Shown piece by piece: positions 24,623-37,714 of a stretch of 64,000 nucleotides of DNA (position 1 is its first letter; every line of letters starts with the position of its first letter). The stretch lies in the NCBI GenBank assembly GCA_015680685.1, contig MNCI01001451.1:545919-609918 (forward strand). Direction: 5' to 3'. The position numbers and the translations under genes are program-made. The stretch comes from Gnetum montanum (lineage: Eukaryota > Plantae > Gnetophyta). The notes beneath the pieces are model-generated. The model was not told the origin of the DNA and did not search any database. It saw only the letters and a program-made list of their open reading frames with translations.

Positions 24623-25673
24623 TATAGCGACAGAAAATGTTTATGGTTGGAAACATTGAGAGGTCTTCGAGTGCATAGCCTAACCTTAAATCCATGCAAG
24701 GGCTATGCTAGAGAGAATAGATTCAGGGTGCCCTGAATGGTCTAGTCAATCAAACAGGGACTTAATCGGTGTACAATAACCCTTTTGTAAACAATGATTT
24801 TAGATGAAACACTCGGTGGTAAAATAAAAAAGAAAAAGTAATGTGCATAGCAGTAGAAACGTGATAAGCATGTAATAGGATAGTAGACATGATTGAATGG
24901 TTGACAATGCCAAAAAAGAAATAAATGTTTTAATCAGCCCAAAAGAGAGTTTGAACAGGAAGATGCACCACCTCGAAAAAGGGTACAGGTATACAAAGGG
25001 TACAATTAGCACAGTATGAGCAGAGTCACAACCTCGGTGGTGTTAAGTTATGAAATTTGGTGCTCACTGTGATAAACTGTGCCTCCTGGGTTAGTGGTCA
25101 TAGTATATCATCTGATGTAGTTGTGCCTCTCTGTCGATGTGGCGTGCTTTGGGTCTTGTTCGCCTAGGGAGCTAAGCGCCAAGATGCCAAAAATGCCAAA
25201 TTCCTTGCTGGTGAAGAAAAATGGAAGCCTCCTCTTATTCTTCTCTTTCTTTCTTTTTTAAAAAGAGGATGCAGAGATATTTATAGGGCTAGGGTTAGCC
25301 CAAAATAAAGATCTTGTGCCACGTGGTAGTGCGGTAGGTAACACCGTGTAACAGCATGTAATAGCAGCTAACAACATGTAACAATGTATCGTAACAAGGT
25401 GTTATGCTACGCTATAGGATGTTACACTACACTACACTATGCAACGTAGCAAGGTGTAGTGTAACAACACGTAACAGCGTAGCATAACAGGGTGTTATGC
25501 TACGCTACGCTATGCAGCGTAGCAGTGCGTAACAATGCATAATAGTGCAGTGTAACATGGTGTTACGCTACGTTACGCTATGCAGCATAGTAGGGCATTG
25601 AAAGGACCATCGTTCTGACACTTAGCCATATTTGCAATCGTGATGCTGGGACTCGAAATTTTGTGGTGTTTCA
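24623..25673 (-). repeat. 5' LTR of E2
   Basis: Homologous to 18106-19400 with a shorter TACGCT array; terminal CA decayed to TA. Confidence 0.9.
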
Positions 25674-27888
25674 TGCACAAGGGTCGTGCTAGAGAAAAAC
25701 AAAAATGGGGTGCCTTGAATGGTTTGGTTGATCAGATAGGGACTTAGTCAATGTAAAATAACCTTTTGTGAATGATTATTTTAAAGATATTACATACAGC
25801 TTAAGCAATAGACATAAATGAATAAGCTATGATGCCAAAATATGGTGATAGCAAAACAAAATGAAACAAGCTTGAGTGAGAGAGTGTACCACCCCAAGAT
25901 TAGGGGATCCAATATTTGTTTGGCTAAAGGATGTACAACTAAAGCACAGTGTGGACAGGCATAGCTTACAATGAAGTGGTATGTCACAGCTCCTTGAACT
26001 GCTATCAATAGCTTGCTAACAGGAATAGGTGAGCTGATGTTTGTTGGGCTAGGAGAGATCCAGAAAGTGTTGCTGCTGGGGTTTGCTATTTGTCAACCCT
26101 CTACTTACTAGTCTCTTTGCCAAAGCTAATCACCAAAAAGAAAAAATTCCAAAATGCTAAACTTTGAAACCAATCACAAAGAAGATGATTCTCAAAGCCA
26201 AAAATGCCAAAAGTCAACCCAAAAGCTAATCAAAAGCCAACCCTTTGAAAGTTGTTTGTCGGGGTATTTATAGAGTCAAATGTAGGAGAGAAATGTGGTT
26301 TGGATGCCATGTGTCCTAGGTCCCACAAAGTGCAAATGTGATTGTACCATGCTGCTATGTCATGTTGGTGTGCTACGCTGCAGTGTGATGCTAAACATGA
26401 AACTTGCTATGTTGTGACCATATTGTTCAAGCTGCATGTGCCAAAATGTAGTGAACTAGCATGTTTGTTATAAAGAATGTCAACAATGAATGCAAAGTGG
26501 AGCCTGTGCTCTAGGACTATGTCTTCCCTACTCTTGCGATCAAGGTCAAGCGTAGAGACAACTTTGGGGATAACCAGGGAATTCAAAACAAAGCAAAATT
26601 GTTGATCCTATCTATTAAGGTGATGCTGAGACTGGAGTGACCACTGCCAACAAGTTCTAGAGTTAACTAGAGATGTCATGATGCTTCCACACAAGTGTTA
26701 CATTACTTACACTGCCTAGCATGTTAGCATAGCGTAAACACTCACATGCTACACTGTGCTGTGTTGGGTAGCGTAGCCGCCTATTTTGAGATAATGCCCA
26801 AAAGCCAAAAATGCTCATTTGGAGCCTAGCTAGGCAAGCAACTGCAATAATTGGCAACCCTGCTTTCCATGTTGAAAGGTCCTAGGACCCACGAAGTTCA
26901 TCCTTGGGACACTTTTGTGCTTTGTGTTCTTGCTACGTTGTGCTACATTGTGTAGCATAGCAGCCAGTGTGACATGCATCCTTGCTTGATTTGCACTACG
27001 TTGTTAAGAAATTTCACTTGGAGCCTAGGGCCAAAGTGGGACAGGTGCTCTCGAAGGTCAAAGCATGGCCAAGTGTTGTTCCTTTGCTAGGACCACTTGT
27101 TAGAGGACCTTCATGCATTCTGCCCCTGCTACGTTGCATAGCATAGCATCCTATGTTGCTTGGATTTTGACTCATTTTGTAAACATTTTGTCATGAGATG
27201 ATGATCATGTCCTGGCATGATGGAAAAACAAGCATGTTTGATAGTTAAGGCATGGGCAAATATGCTTACTCCATTAGAGCAATCTGAGTAAGAGTATTGT
27301 CATAGTATATCCATGCTACGTTGTGCTATGCTACATAGTGTAGCACTCAAATTGAGATGATTTCTGACAAAACTTGCCATATTTTGCTCTGTCATATGGG
27401 TAGGTACCCTGGGGGCTGAGTTATTAGCAATCAGCATCTTGGGTGCTTATTCAGTCTCCCCAAGGCCTGCTATGCTATGTAGCATAGCAAGTCTTGTAGT
27501 TAGAAAACTTACCGAACTGTTTCACTCATCCTGAACACCTTTGACAACTCCTAGCATGGTCCCTAGATAGATCATCAGCTAGGTCAGGCATCCAACTAGG
27601 CAAGCTAAAGGGTGTAGCAAGCCTATCAGTTTGAAAGATAGAAAATTTGCCAGATTGTTCAGTTTACTCCTAGTGCTTTTTTCATGCAAATTAGCCTCAT
27701 GGCTAGGTGCTACATTAACTATGCTATAGAGGGCGGTAGGTAGACTTGGAAGCAACTTTGTAGGCATTAAGGCTTTTGGGGTGCCATGTCATCTGCATAG
27801 TCCAACGTGATGTCATGCTTGCAGAGATGCTTGACCAAATTTTGGGACTATGCTGAATCATCAAAGTCCTGAAATTTATGATGTTTCA
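25674..27888 (-). repeat. Main part of the 5' LTR of E4
   Basis: TGAAACATC start; TATA (tataaatacccc on minus strand) near 26265; family LTR-end motif ggtgccttgaatggtttgg near 25710. Confidence 0.8.
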
Positions 27889-28199
27889 CCATGCTCACAT
27901 ATAGTGATATTGGGTGAAACTATGTGTAAAAACCTGGTCTATCAATAGCACATTCATCAAAGCATGTAGACAGTGTGTAGATGAATCTAAAGTTCAAAGG
28001 TGCCTGTATGCAATAGCCAAAAAATAGGAGGGCACCTAGTGGCTGATAGTTGATCTTGGAAGTGGAACACTTTGCATGGAACCTATTGAGAGTATGAAAT
28101 ATGTCTATATTGAAAGCATAGATAAACTAGAGTAAGTTCATCACCAACTCTCTAATAATGCAAATGATGATACCTATTAGGGAGAGTTCAAAATCCCTA

Positions 28200-30020
28200 A
28201 GATTTTTAAACAAGATCCTTAGAGTTGAAAAATCTACCTACCAGCATGGAGTTGCATTTTTGACAAATGACAAGTTGGTAATAATCAATGCCAATCTTGC
28301 TCCTAAATAGAAATAAATGCTATTGAAGGTGATCAATAAATGATCAACAACCTTTGCTTGGTCATATCCTGAACTCACAAGGATTGATCCTAGGATATGC
28401 CAACATTGTATTTACATTGATTTAGTCATGAAGCTAAGGAGGCAATCATAATGATGGTTGAATCAAAAATTGAGGTAGTTCATCAAAGAGAAGATTGAGA
28501 AACTCCTCAAGGTAGGGTTCATCTACCCCCTTGCAGATAGTGAGTGATTTAGCCCACTCATGATAGTTTCAAAGAAAGATGGCAAATGGTGGGTTTATAT
28601 CGACATTTAACTATTAAACATGGCAACATTTAAAGATCATTTTTCATTGTCATTCATTGATTTGGTGTTGGACACCATATTTGGGCATTGCTATTATAGT
28701 TTCCTTGATAGATATAGTGGCTATAACATCCAGATTACACTAGAAGGCTAGGCCAAAATAACATTCATGAGTTTCTAGGGGACCTTTGCATATCACTAAA
28801 TGCCTTTTGGTTTGTAATGCTCCTACCACTTTTCAATGTCTAGTCTTAAGCATCTCTTAGCGAAAAATCTGTAGCGGAGTGGAAGTCTTTATGGATGACT
28901 TCTCCACTTATCACTACATTTGAGCAAGCCTTAGATTACCTTGAGAAAGTACTCAAAAGATGTGTGGAAAAAAACTTGTGGCTCAATTGACAAAAGAGCC
29001 ATTTGATGGTATAGGAGGGCATTGTACTACTAGGACACAGAATTTCTCAGGTAGGAATTGAGGTGAACCTTGAAAAGATAAGGATCATCTAAGGAATAAC
29101 TTGATAACTAGAAACTCTTAAAGATGTTCAATCATTCATTGGACACATTGGCTACTATTGATGATTCATATAGAATTTCTCTAAGATCGCAAAACTATTG
29201 ATCAAGCTAACAAAGAAAGATGCTTCATTTGCCTAGACTAAGGAATGTGAAAAAGCATTCTAGAGCCTCTAGCAAAAGCTTATAGAGACTCCAATTCTAC
29301 AAGCCCCTGAATAGTCTAGACCATTTTATATCATGATAGATGCATCAAATGATGTCTTGGAAGCCATGCTTATGTAGTTGTACGATAAGAAATGTCCATA
29401 TTACATCCACTATACAAGTTGAAGCATTGTGGATGCACAGTTTAATTACACCACCATAGAGAAAGAACTAATGGTGGTGGTGTATGCTTTGGAAAAGTTT
29501 AGGAACTATGTGCTTGGATATAAAGTATTTGTGCATACAAATCATAGTGTTAGCTACTTCTCAATGAACAAGCCAATGGTAAGTCCCCATGTCATATGGT
29601 GGCTTGTGATCTTATAGAAATTCAATCTCATGATGGTAGATCAAAAGGGGATTGAGAATGTGGTCGATGACTGTCTCTCTAGTTATGATGGAATGACAAA
29701 GAAGAGGAGAGCCCACTCTCTAATTAATTTGTAGATGAACTTCTTTTTGCTTGTGCAATAAATAAACAAATGCCCGCAAAAGAAAAATGGTATGATGGCA
29801 TCCTCACTTACCTTCTCACTCAAGAGATACCACAAGATTTGGACTATAGGAAGAAACAAAAGTTTCTTTATTAGGCAAAATGCTTCATAGATATCAATGA
29901 ACATCTTTACAAGGTATGCATTGATGGCTTGGTTCATTGGTGTGTACCTGATGCTGATCAATTGCATGTTCTCTTGGATGCTCCTGAAGGTCCTTGTGGG
30001 GACCACTATGCTGGGAGATA
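28200..30020 (+). pseudogene. pol: Athila-like RT-RNase H and start of integrase zinc finger
   Basis: LKNLP...FL, KDHFSLSFID, FLDRYSGYN, FMDDF, AQFNYTTIEKELMVVVYALEKFR, EGPCGDHYAG. Many stops. Confidence 0.85.
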
Positions 30021-30429
30021 CACATCCAACTCTTATTGAAGCCATGGAAGCCAGTAGTTCAAAGGGTTGCATCCAACTACTGGAGCAACTATGCTGGGAG
30101 ATAAATCAAGGGACCCTAGGGAACATCATAGAAGCCATGGAAATCATTCTAGTTTCTCATCTTCCTCTTCTCCTTTAACATCTAGTTCTAATGAAGATGA
30201 ATGTAGCTATGAAGATAAATCTCCACTAAAGGATCAAAATAAAAATAGAAATTGAATCCAAGGGAGAAATCAAAGACATCAAAATGAACATAGAAAAAAT
30301 TATTACAATCAAATGGATAGAAATATAAATTTTTATTATATCATGTTTGATGATGATGAATCCTTGTTGGCCACTAAGAGCATGATGTAGATCGGAGATG
30401 CAGTTAAGATATCCCATAGGCATTACAAA

Positions 30430-30800
30430 GAGAGTTGCCTACCTAGGATTGATATGAATAATATCCCTAAATTTGCAAGAGGCTATGATTTGGATCCACA
30501 AAATCATTTACAAGCCTTCCATGATGCCTATGCTTTCTACAACATGGAAAGTAGGTGGAAAAAGCTCAAGCTTTTCCCTTGGACATTAATTAATAGAGCT
30601 AAAGTGTGGTATAGATCATTAAAACCAAATTCAATCTGATGGTGGTCCACAATGTTGGAACTCTTCAATGAGAAATACCAAACCTATGCGAGGGTGTCCA
30701 ACTTGAGGAGATAGATGATATAGAAGTCTATCAATGAACTTGAAGCAAAGTTTAATAGGGTCTCGGAATGGGTATATGAAAAAGTTACAACTTTGGTAGA
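30430..30800 (+). pseudogene. gag-like (retrotrans_gag) remnant downstream of pol
   Basis: IPKFARGYDLDPQNHLQAF...LKLFPWTLINRAKVWYRSLKPNSI. Confidence 0.75.
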
Positions 30801-33800
30801 AATTGTCAAAGAGAAGGGCATGGAAAACAACCTAGGAGATCATAATAAACTAAGGAGGCAGAACCAAGAAATAATTAGGAAGACTTTTTGGTAAGAAAAA
30901 TGGTTGAAGAAAGTGAGGCTATAGACTCAACCATAGACAAAGATAATGGATGCGAAATTTGCATATATGACCAACCAAAGGGTCATTTCCCAGTCTTGTT
31001 ACATCTACATGAGTATTGAAAAGGTGCATTAAATCCAAAGTTTGTACAGAAGCACATGCCTAGGATATTTCCTTTTGCACATGCTAATGATAGATAGTCC
31101 CACAACTAATCGTACTATCCTAAGGGGACTTATTACCAACCTCAACACTATCATCAACCACAATGGCAAAATCCATAGCCATGGGGGAGGCCACCATCAA
31201 ATTAGCCTTATCCTTCTTATTAGTTAAAACTGCATAGCCACAATATTTATCATCCTATTTCTCCAACCAGTTCTATGTCCTCTAGTTCAAACTGCCACTA
31301 TCACTCTTCCGAGTATCATCAACCCATGACATTCCTTGAGGGATCACCACCTCATGCCTCTTAACATCCATCCTACCCTCAATATTCTCATACTCCACCT
31401 CATCACATGCCATTGGCAGTGACACAAGAAGGTTCAACATCACAATATCAATAAACTAATGCCACTTGTGCTATGAATGTGCATAGACATGCTGATACTT
31501 GTAGGTCCCCACAACAAACAAAGAAACATCCTTTCTTTAGGATAGGCCATAGGCAGAAGCACAACACTCATGGACTAACCACATCATCTGAACCAACATA
31601 ATGCTAATCTAGTGCAATGCTTCCCTTTTCATAATCAATGTCCTTTGATCCTACGCAAGGGCCACCATCCATTGTTACTCCAACACCAAGACAAAGCAAT
31701 AAATCTAGCAGTGTGGGGAGACAAATGAATCCATGCATATTGTATCATGATCAAGGGTGCAATTGTGGGCTAGACATACACAACATAACAACCAAGTGTG
31801 TAAACAACAACTTATCTACATAGCCACCACTAAAGCAAGAGACATCCAGTGGCTCAAACATGAAATGTTAACAATGTTTTATACATGCATGGAACCTACC
31901 TATCTACTTATTAATTCTTTTCATGGCCAACCATTTAGTTGTAGGGGAAACACCCATTCTAACCTTTAGATTTAATAATTTTTTTCATCTTTTTGTTTTA
32001 CAATTTTTTGTCATTTTCTTATTTCTTGATACAATATTTTCTATCCTTTTCAACTTTCTCCAAATCTTGTTTTTATTTTCTTTGTTAGTAATCTCACTTG
32101 TAAATAAAATGATCATGCAGCCCATTGAGATGAGGTTTTCTCTCTATTGTCAAGTCATGACGGACTGATTATTCAAGCAGTGAGACCATGTCAACCATCC
32201 ACTCATTCCATTAATAAGAGGTTCTTACCATGGATATAGTGATATTATTTTCCATCATCAAAACTAAAAATAAATTCATAATCATTGTGCCTAGATAGAA
32301 AAGTAAAGAACCAAGGGGGAATGTGAAGGGTGTGACATCAAGAAGATTTGTGGATTCTCTTTGGCCACTTCTGTATGTTCTATCATGTTGCTAAGGTTTT
32401 AATGATATCCTTGTAGATCTAATGAAAAATGGAAGTAAGAGTACAATAACAAGGCACTGCATAAACATATATATATGCCTGAAGGTTAGCAGCTTCTCAG
32501 AATATCATCATAAAAAAAAGAAAAAAAAACCAAAAGTGCCATCAATAAACTCCTCCCTTGGACAAAATGCCAAGTGATGCTACTCCTTGCAACTATGGTA
32601 GTCTTATGGTTGTTAGCCAAAGTGATAACATGATGTGATGTCACCAGAATGTTGTTTGGACTTGGTTTGAATCTTGGAAATAAGGGCTAATGATTACTTA
32701 ATCATTAATAACATACAAGGATTAATTATTCCTTTGGTAAGATACCTCACATCCTAGTTCTTGTTATCCTTTCTACAGTCCACCACATCTCACGATCCAT
32801 ATGATTCTAACTTGTGGTTTTGTGTAACATAGAGTTATTTTCTCAACTTGGTGGTTTTAACATGTGTGTTTTGTTTCATAGGTATGCATTGCATTCAACC
32901 CCTTTAGTGCCTATGGACATTTTTTGATGTGGTTACATAAGGGCACTATGGGTTGGAGCCTACTTTGGGAAGGACCCCACTTGTGTAACTACTGTAACTT
33001 GTCCTTGTTTGACATAACCACATCATTCTTAACCTTCCATGCACATAATTATTAAATTTCATGCTTTTCCTTATCATGTAATTGATTCATTCCACAACAT
33101 AGGTATAATACCCTTTTTCTTACATTTTCCAATGCTTTTAATGTCAATGACTCCATCTTCCAACACTTTTGGTGCCTAAAAATGTTTTCCTACTTACCCT
33201 AGAACCATGGACTCAACTTGAAACCTTCCAACCAATCCCAGAGCTTCATTGTCCATGCTAATTATCCTCATTAAATGCACCTTCAAACAATCCAATATCA
33301 ACTACTTGATATTAGGTTAGATGCAACGTTGAATATCTGATATCAGGTCCACAAAACCTATATATATGACCCTCATTATGCTCCTAAAATCCATTCTCAT
33401 CATTTGTAGCTAGGGGAGTTTTTCAAATTTTCTTTTATGACTAAGAGCTCTATGTAATCAACTTCCACTTGTGAAATATTGCTTAATACCACTCTAATTT
33501 CCATATTATTTGAACTTTTTTGAACCTGGAGTGTTTAATTTAGTCATGGGAGGTGCTTGTGTTGGAAACTTGTGCTAATTTTTTGAAATACTTTATCACC
33601 TAGAAAGTATTACAAGGGTAAGAATGTTAAAAACCTTAAGCATTATAATGAAAAATCAATCATATGAATGGCAAAAAATTTAAATTTTTTACTCAAAAGA
33701 CCATAACCATCATAATAAGCTATACATAAGGGAAAAGGAACTAACTATGAAAGATCATAAAAGAAGATAAATGCTTTTTGGGCATATTTTTAAAAAATTT

Positions 33801-33920
33801 TCTAACTTTGCAATCATATGAGGTAAAGCACTTAATGGAACTAAGGTGATGAGTAAGGTATAAACATATTAATAATAAATGATAGTACCTTAGTAACACA
33901 AAATACTTGAATGATTATAG

Positions 33921-36644
33921 ATGGCTGCAAAAAGAGGAGAACAAGTAGGACCTTCGCAAGGAGCAGCCAAGCGTCCAAAAGGTGGTAGAGGCCAACAAGG
34001 TGAACAAGCAAAGCATGAAGAGTAGGAGGCCCAATCATTCACCATCCATCAAGAGGCTCCTATTATAGGATAGTTGGTCCAAGGATAGGTTGTAGAACTG
34101 CAAGCTTTGATGTAAGAGAAATACCTCATGTTGTCCCCAGAATGCCTTGAAGCTATTCAAGAGAAATCCATGTTGACCATGGTCATCATGGAAATGAACT
34201 TTGGCCTGTTCATGTCGTTTACTCCTAAGGTAGTTTGGACACAACTATAGGTGTCACCATTATGACACATCCTATTAGATAGTGATGAATGGTATCTTGG
34301 CAAAACATACCAATTATGGCACAACAAGGAAGAAGGTACCATGGTTAACATTGGTAGAGTTACTATTTCTTTCTTGGTTAAAGCAATTGTAGAGGCTCTA
34401 AATCTGCCAAATGTGGGGGCTAAGTTGGCACATTTGTCCATGAGGTTTGATCTTGAGACTAGAAAGTTATGGCTAAAGTGGACATACAATAGGGATGACA
34501 AGACAAATAATGAATTGACTCTAGAAGAGAGAACCTATTTCAAGATAGGCAGATATCACCTCTTCCACAAAATCTCAAAGTATGTAGCTAGGGGAAGTGC
34601 CATACTAATGGGAAAATATGTGATCAACTTTACCTAGTTTTACTTTATGGAAATTTAGAGGCAGTTTGAAGAAAAGAAGGTAGGAAAGACAATACTTTCA
34701 TTCCCCTACCTAATTAGGAAGTTGTATAAGAGTGCTGAAATCCTAGGATACACAAATGACATTTCTAGGAGGGCTCAAAATGGTTTCTTCACTAAATTGC
34801 TCAAACTTACAACACTAAGGAAAGACCTTAGTGAGGAACAAGAACTATAGAAGGAAGCAAAACCAAAAAAAAAAGAAACAAAACAAGAGCCTAAATAGCA
34901 TCATGAGCCATAAGTTCCACCACCATTGCCATAAAACTATAGACCTACAATGAGCTAATTGTAAAGAATTGTTGAAATACTTAGCTGGGGAATTATAGAT
35001 GAGTCAAACCTCTTCAAAGTCATCAATGATGCCATGCAACCCACTATTTCTACAAATCCAACAAAGGGAAAAATTTTGCTACAATTAGGAGGAGAATCCT
35101 AGTGGTCATGACAGATCTTTGGTGACACTGCATCATTCTAAGTAATGCTTGAAATAGGAGAAGGTACCATAGTAGTGGTCATGCAGCATTAGGATGAAAC
35201 TAGTGAAGCAGAGGTGACAACAAATCACATCAAGGAATTCTTTAATATGCTTGTTATACCCCCAATGAATTTGATTAGGACCAGAGATGCACAAATGCTC
35301 ATTGGGACTTCAATGACTCCTGTAGCTTATGAGGATGTATTGGATTGATTGTTGTAGTCAAGATAAGTGATGAACACCCTATTTGACATTTCCAGTGATG
35401 TCACTACAGTACAATTAGACCTCATTACCACAAAAGGAAAGTTGGTCATGGTTGAGACCAAGGTGAAACATGCAAAAGCAGAAGTGAAACACTTGCAACA
35501 AGAGCTGGCCACCTTGAGAGTTAAAATATGGAACCCTACCTCATTTATTGTGCTTGAAGAGATGGATCAATTTAGAATAGAATAGTTGAACAAATTGATC
35601 AAAGAGAACAAAGCTGTTGAGCAAGAAAAGGAGAAGGTGGTATAAAATGCCTTTGCTACTAAACCATAATCCTATGCCCATAAGAAGGCATTGACTACCA
35701 CACAAGAACAAAAAAAATAGCTTGCTGTAAACAACGCATAGTTGACCATTGTAGAAAAACAAAAGAACATCTTGGAAGAAAGTGTTCACCATTTGAGAGA
35801 ACAACTAGCGAGGGTTAACCAAGACATCAATAGATTGGCTAAAGATAATTGAACCATCTTGATTAAGGAGGTCCATGCCATTCATCAAAACTGTACAATT
35901 GAAATAAATATGTGGAAAAATGAGGATAAAAAGTATGAAAAGCTGAAGGAGCACTTCCAAGACCAAGTTGGCATGTATAAGTAGATCAACGAAAATGAAA
36001 TCTAGATGGAAAAAGCCTGTATTGGAGCCATGTCAATGCAAAATCCTAATTGGCAGCTCATCTTAAATAATTATGCACTAGTCCATCAAGTGGAAGTAAA
36101 GAATAAAGACCTACAGATCAAGGACTTAAAGGAATGCATGGCATTGGCTAACCTTTGATATGCCAACCTTGCCATGTTAGCAGTAAGTTAGCCTAGAAAT
36201 GAGTTAGAGTAGTAGGTAGTGACCACCTAAAAATTATATGAAAAAGAGTTTGTAGATAGAAAAGATGCTTTATAGGAGCTTCATGTAGCAAACTTAAAAC
36301 TGGAGGTGATTAAGGCCCACTACCATGGCTAGAAAGTTATTTTCTAAGATCTAGCTAGGAGATTAATAGATCATCATGAGTTGAAAGAAAAGGCTAGGGC
36401 CTTTGAGGAGGAATGATGATAGTTTGAAGGCTAGTACATGAAGGCCAACAAAATGTTTCTATATCTACCATGTCCATGGGATGTACTAACACCAGCACAC
36501 ATCAATTCAGTAGCCTAGATGATACATGACCCAAAAATGGAGGTAGAAAAGTTGTAGGCGCTACTCAACCACTACAAGTTTTAGAAGCTTGGTGACAAAG
36601 GGAAGTGATCGATGGAGGAGCCACTGCCTCCGAGAACTACATGA
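33921..36644 (+). pseudogene. env-like / plant-transposon-domain ORF with long coiled coil (element A)
   Basis: AG|ATGGC start; AIVEALNLPNVG...LSFPYLIRKLY domain; E/K/Q-rich coiled coil; DKGK near the end. Heavily decayed. Confidence 0.65.
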
Positions 36645-36830
36645 GCTTCCTCAATTTTTGTCTTGTAACATTATGTCCAAAGTTTTGTAAAAAACCACTG
36701 TGACATGTAAGAGCTAATTTTTTTACTTGTTTGAGTTAGTCAATAATTCCATACCTTCCTAATATTTTGTAAAGAACTTATTCCTGATTTGTTTAACTCA
36801 AGGAAGAGTATTCATTTAGTCGTGGGGGTA

Positions 36831-37714
36831 TGATAAGTCATGATTTTGTCAGCTTAGATATCATATAGTTGATATTGGAGCCTCAATATCAAATACATGA
36901 TATTGGATCCTAAGAAATGATGTTGGATATCAAATATCATCTCTTCCATGCTAGCCTATAAATACAACACTTGGATGCATGGTTGAAACATAGTTTAGTT
37001 TCATATTTCAGTTAGGCTTTTCATAGATTGTTGATTTCTCTTTTTGTTATTTCCCAATGCATGCCTATAGCATGATGTTTGTAATTGTACGACATCCTTA
37101 TTTAAGTGTGGCATCCTTGGACATGTTACATTACTAGAAATAAAGATTGAGATTACCTCCATGATTGTAGTAGCCACTTAGATTTATTAGTATTTTTAAT
37201 TGTTTAATTATTTATTTTTTTCTTAGTTAATATTTTCATTTATTGCTCTTTATGATTCCTATCATTAAGCAATTGAGTACAACTCGTGAGTGCTTAAGTG
37301 TGATTACTTGGTGACCTAGTAGTGTATCATTTGGTGAACCCAGTAATGTACACTTGGTAATCCCAGCAGTAGTCTCATAAAGTCCAAGGAGTATGTGAAT
37401 GATTAAGAATGGATATTCATTGCACATATGCTAGCTTAGACTTTACTTTCCATTGTTAATTAGCTTAATTACTTTATTTTTTTCATTATCATTAGGACAA
37501 ATGTAGGGCTAGAGGACATCAATCATATGCCTCACTTTGGAATAAGCCATATGTGACAAAGCTACCATTAGTCCAAGTGGGAAGATAGCAAAGTACGATT
37601 AAAGCATAAAAATTTAGATGCACAACTAGTCACATCCATGAAATTCGACTGGATCATGCATGAGTGCTTTTGTGATTTTTATTGTTGAGCATAGGGATAC
37701 CACGTTGCTTATCA
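36831..37714 (+). repeat. 3' LTR of Athila-like element A
   Basis: Preceded by gtgggggta; terminal inverted repeat TGATAAG/CTTATCA; cctataaata near 36955. Confidence 0.82.

Larger units (their letters stand above)
18106..25673 (-). mobile_element. Complete non-autonomous Tat element E2 (LTR-PBS-gag-protease-repeats-PPT-LTR, no RT/RH/INT)
   Basis: Two homologous LTRs, a PBS and a PPT. Flanks tgtgc (18101-18105) and tgcac (25674-25678) fit a decayed TGCGC TSD. Confidence 0.88.
15338..27888 (-). mobile_element. Tat element E4 (5' LTR, PBS, gag), interrupted by E2 in its LTR and by E1 in gag
   Basis: The LTR starts TGAAACATC at 27888, runs to 25674 and resumes at 18105-18032. The PBS and gag follow. 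Confidence 0.82.
27889..37714 (+). mobile_element. Athila-like Ty3/Gypsy element A (3' part: pol remnant, gag-like ORF, env-like ORF, 3' LTR)
   Basis: Athila-type RT and RH motifs, no aRH, ggggg PPT followed by a TGATAAG...CTTATCA LTR. Confidence 0.72.
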
